Of a stretch of 64,000 bases of DNA, positions 36,237-46,499 are shown piece after piece; the first letter of the stretch is position 1, and each line of letters starts with the position of its first letter. Source of the stretch: Rhynchopus sp. YZ270_cl-10 (Eukaryota); the NCBI GenBank assembly GCA_964035575.1, contig OZ037841.1:1302001-1366000 (forward strand), read 5' to 3'. A program made the translations under genes and the position numbers. The notes under the pieces are model-generated. The model had not been told where the DNA came from, searched no databases, and saw only the letters and a list, made by a program, of their open reading frames with translations.

Positions 36237-37598
36237 ATGTCCCCATCCACGCCGTCTCAAGAGCTGTTGACAGCAGTGTTTGCGAAATATGATACAAATG
36301 GAAAAGGGAGAATTAGCCGGGAAGATGTTCTCTCGGCTTCCCTCGAAGTAAGCACTTCTTCAAATATTCCAGCCAATTTGCCCCACGCAGAAACCCAAGC
36401 AGACCTGCTGCGTCATCTGCCTGACCAAGATGACTATAATTTTGCAGAATTTACACAGTTCTCGCGGGTAGCTTCTTTGCGTAGCGTTTTCAATGATATT
36501 GACAGCGATGGGGACGGTACGATCAGCGCTTCTGAGGTGCGAGCACAGCTTTGTGAGAATGCGTCGACCGAGCGTGCGATATCTGCGTTGGACGCAGATG
36601 GGTCGGGGGCGATAACGTTTGACGAATTTTATGGTGCGTTTCGTGATGTTCCTATAGTCTCTTTGGAAGGGATTCGGGGCGCATGGTCTGGCCTCGCGGA
36701 CACTGGAGACTGTGGAAGCGATCTCTCCACCCCACTTCCTGCGGCAGACATCGACAAACCTGGTGCCCGCGCTACCCTCCTTCGCTTCCTCATCGCAGGT
36801 GGTCTAGGGGGTATCGCTTCTCGCACCGCCACCGCCCCTTTCGAGCTCCTCAAAGTGCAATCCCAAATATCAGGAGAACCCACCCGGATGTTCGACAGCC
36901 TCACACAAATCCATCGGGAGCATGGCGTTCGCGGTCTTTTTCGCGGAAATCTGTTGAACTGTCTCCGCGTCTTTCCATTCACCGGGATAATTTGTTTGTT
37001 TTATGCTGGCGTACTGAATCGCTTTAAGCCAAAGGAGGTTTTGCCGCATCCGATGTACGAACCTTTGTACCGTGCGGGGGTGGGTGGGGTGGCTGGAGGG
37101 GTTGCGACGTTGGCAACGTATCCTTTGGATGTGGTGCGTGCGAGGCTGACGGTGGAGAGGGGTGTGCCCCCACCTAGCATTGCAGCGGTGGTGCGGGGGG
37201 TGGTGCAGCAGGATGGGGTGCGTGGTTTGTTCCATGGTGTGCGGCCTACGCTGCTTGCGGTCGTTCCCTTCGTTGCATTTCAACAAAGCTTGTACGATTG
37301 CTGCCGCCAGGCCGCTTCTCAGTGCGGCTTCGCAGACTCCGCTGCGCTCTTCATGACCTGTGGTGCGTTAGCCGGTGCTGGTGCACAAACCGTAGTCTTC
37401 CCTCTCGACGTCGTCCGTCGTCGCCTCCAAGTGCGCGATCCAACCTCCCCCAACACAGCCACCTCTGCAGTGCGAAGTATCCTCAAGGAGAGAGGTGTCT
37501 GGGGGCTCTTCTGTGGGTTGAAACCGGCGTACGCAAAAATCGCGCCGTCGGTGGCAATAAGTTTGACGGTGCGGGATATGGCGAAGGATCATTGGTGA
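36237..37598 (+). CDS. Calcium-binding mitochondrial carrier (SCaMC / ATP-Mg/Pi-type)
   Basis: EF hands DTNGKGRISRED, DSDGDGTISASE, DADGSGAITFDE; three Px[DE]xx[KR] motifs (PFELLK, PLDVVR, PLDVVR); SRTATAP. Confidence 0.93.
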   Translation: MSPSTPSQELLTAVFAKYDTNGKGRISREDVLSASLEVSTSSNIPANLPHAETQADLLRHLPDQDDYNFAEFTQFSRVASLRSVFNDIDSDGDGTISASEVRAQLCENASTERAISALDADGSGAITFDEFYGAFRDVPIVSLEGIRGAWSGLADTGDCGSDLSTPLPAADIDKPGARATLLRFLIAGGLGGIASRTATAPFELLKVQSQISGEPTRMFDSLTQIHREHGVRGLFRGNLLNCLRVFPFTGIICLFYAGVLNRFKPKEVLPHPMYEPLYRAGVGGVAGGVATLATYPLDVVRARLTVERGVPPPSIAAVVRGVVQQDGVRGLFHGVRPTLLAVVPFVAFQQSLYDCCRQAASQCGFADSAALFMTCGALAGAGAQTVVFPLDVVRRRLQVRDPTSPNTATSAVRSILKERGVWGLFCGLKPAYAKIAPSVAISLTVRDMAKDHW

Positions 37599-38308
37599 GA
37601 GGAGGAGGAGGAGGAGGTGCGCAAGGGTTTTGGTGACCAAAAGAGGAAAGGAGGACGTTTTGGGATTTGAACGTAGTTCAAAAACAAGCAAAGCTTTTTG
37701 TTACTTTTGTAGCAGGTTACCTAGAAGCTCGAGATTGTTTCGTGTATTTTTGCATGCCTTTGCGTGTTACGTAACAAAGTAATAAGCTTGATCTTGTTAC
37801 CATTTTTGCTTGTTTTAACAGTAACAAGGCCACTGTGTGGTAAAAAATATGTAGGGAGGAGGGGGTGGGATCAGGTGAGGAAAGAAGGAGCATGTGAGGG
37901 TTTTGTGGGTTTTGGGACCAAAGAGAGTTGCTTTGCCAATACAGCTCCCATCTCGGAATGGTTGAAGTGCTGAACTCACAACGTTGTATCGCAGGGCAGG
38001 CGATAAGAGCGGGTTTTCAGCCTCATATTTCATCAGGGGGGTGAATCACATATCTGTACAAAAACACTGTATCTCCTGCCCTGGTTGTATCGTCAAAAGT
38101 AAAATAAATAAGGACATACCCCACCCCTTCTGATTGTGTCAGCTGCTTCTCCGATACTCTTGACAACCCCAAACACGAGTCAGTAGCTAGTCCCTTCAGC
38201 TCGTTCGAGTGCACCGTGCTGTGGTCTCTATCGGCACAGCTTGGATGAAGAGAGTGCGAGGAGCGTCCCCATTCATCACAACACCACACCACACAGAGAG
38301 ACACAACA

Positions 38309-39949
38309 ATGCAGCTGTATGTGCTGTACCGTGGGGAACAACACCCTTTCGAAGTCGATGAGAGTATGGGAGAAGACCCAATAGAATACGTGTGTAGTCA
38401 GGTGGCGGCTGCAGTGGGGATCGAAGCAGATACCTTCACATTGCTGTTCGATGGGAAACCTCTGCGCGACCGAGACGACATCATGCAACTGAGCGAGGAC
38501 AACACGATCGAGATGACTCTGCGGGAGAGTCAATGCCCGACAATGGATCTCTCTTGGTCCAACGCCCTCAGCAACAGAGGGGATGGCTTCCTCGCGCACC
38601 ACACTTGGTTGACGACAATCACTCTTCCTCAAGAAAGCGACGTCGAGGATATAGGTAACGAATTCCTGAAGGGGTGCAGTGGGTTGAGGACAATCGATCT
38701 GTCTGGTCTCAGCTCTGTCAGGAACCTAGGGGATGGCTTCCTCGCGAGCTGCACCTCATTGACAACGATCACACTACCTGAAGAGAGCGCTGTCACGGAG
38801 ATAGGCAACGACTTCCTGCGGGAGTGCAGCGAGTTGACAACAATCAATCTGTCTGGTCTCAGCTCTGTCAGGAACATAGGGGATGGCTTCCTCGCGAACT
38901 GCACCTCATTTTTTTTAACAACGATCGCGCTGCCTGCAGAGTGCGCTGTCACGGAGATAGGCAACGACTTCCTGTACAGGTGCAGAGGGTTGACGACAAT
39001 CGATCTCTCAGGTCTCAGCTCTGTCAGAAGCATAGGGGATGGCTTCCTCGCGGTGTGCATCTCATTGACAACAATCACACTGACTGAAGAGTGCGCCGTC
39101 ACGAAGATAGGCAGCAGCTTCGTGTACGGGTGCACAAGGTTGAGGACAGTCGACCTCTCTGGTTTCAGCTCTGTCAGGAACATAGGGGATGGCTTCCTCG
39201 AGATCTGCACCTCATTGACAACGATCACACTGCCTGAAGAGTGCGCCGTCACGAAGATAGGCAACGGCTTCCTGTCGGGGTGCAGTGGGTTGACGACAAT
39301 CGATCTCTCTGGTCTCAGCAAGGTCAGGAACATAGGAGATGGCTTTCTAATGAACTGTACCTCATTGACAACGATCACACTGCCTGAAGAGAGCGCTTTC
39401 ACGGAGATAGGCAACGGCTTCCTGGAGGGGTGCAGAAGGTTGACGACAATCGGTCTTTCTGGTCTCAGCTCTGTCAGGAACGTAGGCTATGGCTTCCTCG
39501 AGAACTGCACCTCATTGACAACGATCACACTGCCTGAAGAGAGTGCTGTCACGGAGATAAACAACTCCTTCCTGTCGGGGTGCAGTGGGTTGACGACAAT
39601 CAATCTCTCTGGTCTCAGCTCTGTCAGGAACATATGGGATGGCTTCCTCGAGAACTGCACCTCATTGGCAACGATCACACTACCTGAAGAGAGCGCTGTC
39701 ACGAAAATAGGCAAGGCCTTCCTGTCGGGTTGCAGTGGGTTGAGGGCTGTCGATCTCTCTGGGTTCAGCTCTGTCAGGAACATAGGGGATGGCTTCCTCT
39801 CGAACTGCACGCTGCCATCGAACGAAAGGAAAATAACAGTGAAGCTCACCGGCAGCAGCGACGTGGTGTCTGCGCGAGTGCTGTCGGGATTGGACGGAAC
39901 GGACGTTGTTGAGCCCAACAATGGCAACACTTGTGTTCGTTCAGGGTAG
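38309..39949 (+). CDS. Ubiquitin-like domain plus BspA-type leucine-rich repeats
   Basis: N-terminus MQLYV..LLFDGKPL..TIEM is ubiquitin-like; about 16-17 alternating 25-aa LRRs (150-nt double unit, LxxIxL..IGxxFLxxC). Confidence 0.88.
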   Translation: MQLYVLYRGEQHPFEVDESMGEDPIEYVCSQVAAAVGIEADTFTLLFDGKPLRDRDDIMQLSEDNTIEMTLRESQCPTMDLSWSNALSNRGDGFLAHHTWLTTITLPQESDVEDIGNEFLKGCSGLRTIDLSGLSSVRNLGDGFLASCTSLTTITLPEESAVTEIGNDFLRECSELTTINLSGLSSVRNIGDGFLANCTSFFLTTIALPAECAVTEIGNDFLYRCRGLTTIDLSGLSSVRSIGDGFLAVCISLTTITLTEECAVTKIGSSFVYGCTRLRTVDLSGFSSVRNIGDGFLEICTSLTTITLPEECAVTKIGNGFLSGCSGLTTIDLSGLSKVRNIGDGFLMNCTSLTTITLPEESAFTEIGNGFLEGCRRLTTIGLSGLSSVRNVGYGFLENCTSLTTITLPEESAVTEINNSFLSGCSGLTTINLSGLSSVRNIWDGFLENCTSLATITLPEESAVTKIGKAFLSGCSGLRAVDLSGFSSVRNIGDGFLSNCTLPSNERKITVKLTGSSDVVSARVLSGLDGTDVVEPNNGNTCVRSG

Positions 39950-40395
39950 CTGATCGGCGCTTCAGCAGGTACAGCTGTGAAGGAGATAACAGTGATGGAG
40001 ATGCTATCACTCGTTGCTACGCGATGGCGATGGCGAGGTCATTGACGACCACCTTGGGGACGGGGGCTCAGGTTCAGAGAGGAAGAGGCATTTTTTTTGT
40101 TCTGCTGCTGATACTATGCCATTTCCATTTTTGGGATGGGAGGGGGGTTGCGGGTTTGTGGGTTTGTGGGCTGGTCAAGTTTCCTTTCCTCGTATGTCAT
40201 AATAAACGAAATCCTCCACATTGTTTTTGATTCGGTTTTTCCACACCTCCACACCACCCCGCCCAGCCACCAAACCCAAAAAAAACCCCCAAAGCGATTT
40301 ATGGGTCAGCCACACTTTCCGTTCCCCCTTTTTTCACAACACACCTTTCTCTATGCACTTATCAGGTAGACCCCCCTACACGACGTTGCTCCACT

Positions 40396-41475
40396 ATGGA
40401 GGTTGTGGTGAGTATGGAAGAGGAGATGTGTGTTGTTCCTGTTGAGCCTGACGATACTGTACGGTGCTTGCAGGAGAAGGTGCGGGGTGTGTTTGGGCGC
40501 AGTGTGTTGGGTATGGGCCTCCGCCTTGCGGGGTCACCCACCAGCATGGAGGTGGGCACGAAGCTTTCTGAGACTGCAGTTGAGGCCGGCTCTGTCCTTG
40601 AGGTTGTTCCTTGCACTGTTCGTGCCGGGCGGGTCCAACATACTCATGAGATCAAATCGCTTACGGTGTCGCCATGTGGTGCGTTCGTGGCGGCTTCGTG
40701 CAGTGATTCGCTCTTTGCAGTGTTCTCCACCGAAACACATGAACGTCTCTTTGCTGGTGAAGCTGATGCCTACGGTAACCCTTCCTTCTCCCCTTGCAGT
40801 GCATTCCTCGCAGTTGGTACACCCGACCACAATGCAGCAGTGTATACTATCGCAACCCACCAATCCTCCACCCTCTTCACCAACTGCTCCCGTCGTGTTG
40901 CCACAGCGTGGACCCCCTGCGGGCGGTTTCTCCTCTGCGTATCCTCCAATACGGCAAGCGTATGGGAGACACAACGCTTTGCGTTGCTGCGGGAATGGGA
41001 CATAGTTTTTACGGGGTACAGTTTGCCGGTGGGGGAGGATGTGATGGTGGTGCAGAACGATACAGTGGCGGAGGTGTGGGAGCATGCGAGCGGGAGGCGT
41101 GCGTTCGCGCTGACGGAGATGAAGGATGTGGGGATCTTCCATTTGGCCCTCTCGGAAGAAGGACGCTATGTTGTCGCTTGTGGAGGAGGCGCTGTGGTGC
41201 GTATATGGGACATCGGGGACGGTGGAGGTGTTCTTCTGCACAGCCTTCACGACGCTCATGGTCCGTACCTCTACGATACAGCCATCTCCACAGCAGGGGA
41301 CCTCGTTGCCGTCTCGAACAGCCGCGAGGTCACTCTCTGGACACTCTCCACCGGGGCAGTGCACAGGACCGCGCCGCTCTCGGGGAGGAGCTGTGACTAT
41401 GGGCTTGCGTTGTCGCGCTGTGGGAAGTGGGTCTTCCTTGGAGACGGGGAAGGGGTTCTCATAGAGCAAGTGTAA
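40396..41475 (+). CDS. Ubiquitin-like domain plus WD40-like beta-propeller
   Basis: VPVEPDDTVRCLQEKV..LSETAVEAGSVLEV; blades with SPCG/TPCG, VRIWD, VTLWT. Confidence 0.82.
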   Translation: MEVVVSMEEEMCVVPVEPDDTVRCLQEKVRGVFGRSVLGMGLRLAGSPTSMEVGTKLSETAVEAGSVLEVVPCTVRAGRVQHTHEIKSLTVSPCGAFVAASCSDSLFAVFSTETHERLFAGEADAYGNPSFSPCSAFLAVGTPDHNAAVYTIATHQSSTLFTNCSRRVATAWTPCGRFLLCVSSNTASVWETQRFALLREWDIVFTGYSLPVGEDVMVVQNDTVAEVWEHASGRRAFALTEMKDVGIFHLALSEEGRYVVACGGGAVVRIWDIGDGGGVLLHSLHDAHGPYLYDTAISTAGDLVAVSNSREVTLWTLSTGAVHRTAPLSGRSCDYGLALSRCGKWVFLGDGEGVLIEQV

Positions 41476-41806
41476 CGGAAGTACTGAAGGCATTTATTGG
41501 AGGCCAGCTGATTGCGGGGGAGAGCCTGCCACATCCAGAGGGGTGAGATGTGCTCTGCTAAATGATCTTCTCGAGTCCGCATTGCACTTCGCGACTAGCC
41601 AGGTAGAGAATGCTGCCCACCCCTACCCCCTTCACTGTCCGCGTAGATCCCCCCACATAAGGAGTCATCTGATGCCCGTTTAAACTACTTTTTTTCCCCC
41701 CCATTGTTGTGTTGGTTCAACTTGGTTGATTTACTCTAAGGCTTGAAACATAGCCTTCTTCGTGTTTGCATTTTAGGTTTATCTTTGCATTTTGTGTTAG
41801 CATACC

Positions 41807-41886
41807 ACCTGATTTTTACCCTGCGTAAAGGCTGGGGAAATGGGTGGGGTTTGGCCTATACGCGCCACGGGGTAAAAATCAGATGG
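41807..41886. repeat. Imperfect inverted repeat
   Basis: CTGATTTTTACCCTG.. / ..CGGGGTAAAAATCAG. Confidence 0.6.
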
Positions 41887-43017
41887 GCATATTTTCTGCA
41901 GGTGCACATATGGGGTGGACTATGTGTCTGACTGTGTATCTGCAGAGCCCTGACCTCCTATATACTCTATTATTGCCTAGTTTTAGAACGGCGCGAGATT
42001 TTCCCCCCAAATTGGGCTAAAGTTAGTTTACCCAAAGTTTCTCAAAAAATCCCAGGAATGGGCTAAAGTTTCTTTTTGACTTTAGCCCTCGCGGACACCC
42101 TGTTAACGATTGTGATCAAGGTGGCTAACCTAAGGGTCATCTTATTGTTCCCCAAAACCTTTGTGCGTGCAAAACCCCTCCCACCAACACCCCTGCTATC
42201 CTCGAGAGAATAGGAAGAAACAGCTGTCCCTCAAACAACAAAAAAGGCCGTTTTTTTTGTGTATGTTTTCTTGTACGGGGTTTTTAGCCATAGAAGAAAT
42301 ACAGTGGTGAAGTGCAAAAACCCCCGTGGAGCTTTCACTATATTTCTACACCACCAATCTATCGATTTTATTTTGCATTTTATTGCGCGGAGCCCATAGG
42401 CAGCGGGATTTTGGAGAGATTTTCCAAAAGTTCAAAATTCCTGCTAATGGAATCAGCTTAAAATTGCCCGCTGTCGTTCCGGTTTCTTCTGTTGTGTTGT
42501 GTCGTTCCGATCATGTCCAAAGGGACCTGCTCTCGCGAACGTTCTTCAGCTTGTCGACCTCCTTTTCCGACGCCCTCTTTCTTTTTCCGACCGGACAGCT
42601 GTTCATCACGGACCCCCAATACCGTCGCACGGTCATCTTCGGACAGCATCTCCCTTGCTCCCAGGCGCTGATGTGTCATATCATTGGCTCTAGGCGGAAT
42701 TTGTTGTGCTGCCTCTTTCAGCTCGTGAACCACCTTCCTGCAGGAGCGGAAGCACACCTCACCTTCGTGGTCTTTGACTCCGTTGTCACTACGAACGCTT
42801 CCAACATGGGAATGTTGCATTTCTTCCTCCATAGCATTGTCACGGCCTCGTGGTGAGCTGGGTAAAGTCGTGGGGGAAACGTGAAGAATGATGTGTCAGT
42901 GTTGCTCTGAGTCACACCTCAACATGCACAGCAGAAGTGCAGACATCGCATACACAATCTTGCACACAGAACACCCCGCATCATCTCCAGTACTTGGCAA
43001 CGGAGTAACACAAAACA

Positions 43018-44139
43018 ATGGATGTGACCTTTGTGCTAGAAGAGTCAGGAGTGACTGCGACGGTGGAGGTGCCGTGTGAGGCGAGCGCTGCAGCGGCAAA
43101 GGAGGTTGCGTGCACGGCGCTTGCTGTCTCGCCTGCGTCTGTCGAGATGCGCATCGGCACGCAGGTGCTGGAGGGGACGTGCCGTCTGCAGGACACTGCG
43201 TTTGGTGAAGGGGTGCAGGTTGTGCTTGCCCGCAGCTTTGCCGACATCAAGTGTCCTGCTGAGTACAGTGTAGAGGCTGAGTACAGGGTAGGGGCGCTAA
43301 CTAGAATGGAGGAGATGGATATAAATCACGTATCGCTGTCTCCTTGTGGAGCACTCTGCCTCTTTACACAGAAGGCAGGCTATGTCACCGGCATCAATAC
43401 AGACACCTTCAGCCTTGCCTTCAGATTCAAAGTAGACAGCGAGGTGTGCGGTGCGCCTGCCGTCTCACGGTGCAGGAGACGCTGCTACCTGGCGTGCAGG
43501 GATAGTATGCACGAGGTTGCGCTTCCAGATGGGGAAGTGCTCCGCAAAGTCGACGGCTACTCACGCCTAGTGTTTGCGTGCGGCGGTGTTGTTGTCTCCC
43601 GTGGCCAAATGAGCGTCTCTGTGTATGACGAAGACCTGACGTTGCTCCGCTCTCTCTCTGACAAAGGGTGTGGAAATGTTGCAGTGTCGCACTGTGGTGG
43701 ATGGGTGATCACCTCCTCCGAGGATGAGAGGAAGGCACGTCTGTGGGATGTGAACACAGGTGAAGCGGTGGACTGTGTGCCTGCGGATGGGTGGAACGCG
43801 GCGCTTTCAGGGTCTGCCTCTGTCTTTGCTGTGGATTACTCTGGCAAAGTGCAGCTCTATGACTGGAGTGGTGTGGCTCTTGGCACTTTTGAAAGGGAGC
43901 AACATTCTTCTTTCTGCACTATGCAGTTCACTCCGTGCGGGAAGTATCTCGTAGTACGGTATGTGGATTTCTGCAGAGCACATTCACTGCACCAGTATGA
44001 TGTGGCGACCATGTCTTGTGTGCGTGTGTTCCCCGATGTCGCTCCCGGGTCATTTGCGATATCGCCGTGTTCACGTGTGGTAGTGTTTATCAACTCTCAT
44101 TACGACAATGTTGCGACGAGACATCTGTACCCATACTGA
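43018..44139 (+). CDS. Ubiquitin-like domain plus WD40-like beta-propeller (distant relative of the 40396 gene)
   Basis: MDVTF..VEMRIGTQVL..LQDTAFGEGVQVVL; SPCG, SHCG, ARLWDVNTGE, FTPCGKYL. Confidence 0.8.
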   Translation: MDVTFVLEESGVTATVEVPCEASAAAAKEVACTALAVSPASVEMRIGTQVLEGTCRLQDTAFGEGVQVVLARSFADIKCPAEYSVEAEYRVGALTRMEEMDINHVSLSPCGALCLFTQKAGYVTGINTDTFSLAFRFKVDSEVCGAPAVSRCRRRCYLACRDSMHEVALPDGEVLRKVDGYSRLVFACGGVVVSRGQMSVSVYDEDLTLLRSLSDKGCGNVAVSHCGGWVITSSEDERKARLWDVNTGEAVDCVPADGWNAALSGSASVFAVDYSGKVQLYDWSGVALGTFEREQHSSFCTMQFTPCGKYLVVRYVDFCRAHSLHQYDVATMSCVRVFPDVAPGSFAISPCSRVVVFINSHYDNVATRHLYPY

Positions 44140-44419
44140 GCGATGTTTTGCGAGAGGTTGTGTTCGTGCAGCTTCTTGCAGGCAGTCCACCCCGTCGCAG
44201 CATTCCACCTCCACTACCACGGAACAAATGAGCACTGTTTTGCTTTGTAAATACCACCCTTTGCTTTGCGACTTTGCTTGTGGTGCTTCATGGGGAATGA
44301 GTGTCGCGTTTGGGTAGTGGAGCGACTAATTGATTTGTGAGAGGTGTTGCGCACAAAATTGTGGACACCACAGTTGTCAAAGAAAACTGGTAGTTGGGTG
44401 GGAGAGGATTATTCTGAAC

Positions 44420-44615
44420 AATATTCACTGCACCAGTGTGATGTAGCGACCATATACTGTGTGCGTGTGTTCCTCGACGACGCTGCCTTGTCATTGGTGT
44501 TATCGCCGTGTGGTACTATTTACGAACTCAGAACAGTACACTATTAAGACGAGACATACTGAGTGACGTTTTGCGAGAGGTTGTGTTTGTGCAGCTTTTG
44601 CAGGAGTCAACCCAG
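44420..44615 (+). pseudogene. Decayed tandem copy of the last blade and 3' flank of the 43018 gene
   Basis: ATTCACTGCACCAGT..GTGCGTGTGTTCC and GTTTTGCGAGAGGTTGTGTT..GCAGCTT match 43982-44192. Confidence 0.8.
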
Positions 44616-45056
44616 AAGGGACTCCTCGCTGTCGCTGAGTATTGCGCTGTTCTGCTGGAGTGAGATGCACCACCGTGTGAAGGGATACGTATTATTTGCA
44701 CTTCCAACTTCTCGAACTCGAATCCATTCGATGAAATAAAGAGTTGTATTTCGTGGACATAATGGGTTATACATCTTAGAAAAGTTGTGCCCAACCTGTC
44801 GGTTTTGTGTGGATTGGGAGGGCAAGGGGGGCAGAAAACGGGGTGGGTGTTGCGGGTTCTCATTTATTGAAAACAAAATGATGATCTTTTTTTTTGAGAG
44901 GTGTTCATTCGGATGTGGTCCCTAGGGATACTACCCCCCCCGTAGAGAAGTGGGCAGACTTTTTTCTAAGGTTCCGTTGGATGCATCAGTCCTCGTGTGG
45001 AACGCACAGCGAGTCCCGTCCTTCCTCCTAACGCGTGGGTGCTTCATTGTTTGCAA

Positions 45057-45215
45057 GAGTCACTCAGTTTGGGAATGCTGAGCTAATTGGCAGGTATCCC
45101 TCTGCTAAGGCTAAATATCTCCCGGAAACCGATAGCGAACAAGTACAGTGATGGAAAGATGAAACGAACTTTGAAAAGAGAGCTAAAATCCCCTGAAACC
45201 GATGAGTGATAAGAG
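45057..45215 (+). rRNA. Orphan 28S (LSU) rRNA fragment, conserved core between D1 and D2; may extend about 44960-45285
   Basis: GTTTGGGAATGC..CTAAGGCTAAATAT..ACCGATAGCGAACAAGTACAGTGATGGAAAGATGAAACGAACTTTGAAAAGAGAG..TGAAACCG. No other rDNA recognised nearby. Confidence 0.88.
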
Positions 45216-45600
45216 TCGGCCCCAACCCCAACTTCACTCCATGTTGAGCTGTACCCGAAGGGGTTGGTGTCCTTGGTTGTGCCCTAAGCATCTGAAAGCA
45301 ACCTCGATCTTTTCTTCAAATCAGCACGTTTATTTTTCACTTCGATCGCCCCCTCTATCCTGAACTTTGTTTCTAGTGGAAACACACTCTCTCTAAGGGT
45401 GTTGTACATTAAACACCGACAACGCCAACCAAATATTTCAAGCCCCTCCCCCCCTGAGGCTCCCCCCTCCCCCGCTTCCCTCAACGATGGTGCGCGCATC
45501 TCCTATCGCTGCGGCTGGGTTTGTGTTGCTGCTGTTAATTGCAGCAGGAACACGCTTCCTTGCACACTCTACTAACCCTTACAACAGAAACGCTAAAACA

Positions 45601-46184
45601 ATGGCCGCCCCTGCAACCGTGCCCGCGTATGATGAGGACAACGTCTTTGCGAAAATCATTGACGGGCGTCTGCCGTGCTACAAGATCTTCGAGACCGAGC
45701 ATGCCCTTGCCTTCCTGGACGCCTTCCCCGTGGTGGAGGGCCACGCACTCCTGATCCCCAAAGCGAAGGGCTACCAAACCATCATGGATATGCCTGCCGA
45801 GGCCGCTGCTGATTTCCTCAAGGAACTCCCGCGCCTGGCCAACGCAGTCAAGAAGGCAACAGGTGCGCCAGGGGTGAACATCGTGCAGAACAACGGAGAG
45901 GCTGCAGGGCAGATCGTCTTCCACACTCACTTCCACGTTGTGCCACGGACGGAGGGAGATAATCTGGTCAAGGTATTTTTTTTTGGTTGTATTTCAAGTC
46001 AAATGCGGATTTTCTTTTTGAATTTGAGAAATCAATTGGACCAAATGTTTTGTATCTTTGTATCCTGATATAATGAAAACACACAAAAAAAAAAACACAG
46101 TTTGCTGCACCCAAGGACAGCGCTATGCTTGCGCCCGAGAAGGCAGCACCCATGTTGGAGAAGATTGCCCAGGCTCTGCAGTGA
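45601..46184 (+). CDS. HIT (histidine triad, Hint-like) protein; exons 45601-45972 and 46101-46184; alternative upstream ATG 45487
   Basis: NVFAKII, AFLDAFP, GHALLIPK, AGQIVFHTHFHVVPR. Removing the GT(45973)-AG(46100) intron gives in-frame FAAPKD..EKIAQALQ*. Confidence 0.9.
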
Positions 46185-46499
46185 GAGTGAGATAACGAGA
46201 GTGTTTTATTTGGGCTGAACTGTCCCCTACCTGGACACGGTGGGGATCGTTTTTTTGTTTTAACAAATATGGGACAGATGGGGGATGGGGGGTGGGTGCA
46301 TACGGTGAGACCTAACGTTTTAAGGCATACAGCTAGCTAGGGAGTAGTCTCTTCGCAACGTGATACTTTTGCAGGGAGCTTTGACGGCACAACTGCGATG
46401 TAAAGATCTGAACTCCCCCCTTTTTTCTTTTGTGCTTTCATTCTGAGCATTTTCACCACACCACATCCAACAGACTGATGGGCCTCAGGGTCTCCTCTA

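Noticed and set aside
38560..39815. Diversity-generating retroelement behind the LRR variation
   Set aside because: No reverse transcriptase or separate template repeat in the window, and the changes do not look adenine-specific.
39925..39949. C-terminal CaaX prenylation signal on the LRR protein
   Set aside because: The protein ends CVRSG, so the Cys is fifth from the end, not fourth.
42326..42915. Gene or transposase on either strand
   Set aside because: Only short stop-interrupted frames with no diagnostic motif; possibly decayed coding DNA, but unassignable.
45973..46068. Track C-terminus of the HIT ORF (VFFFGCISS..)
   Set aside because: It reads through a GT-AG intron; the spliced exon gives a more plausible ending.
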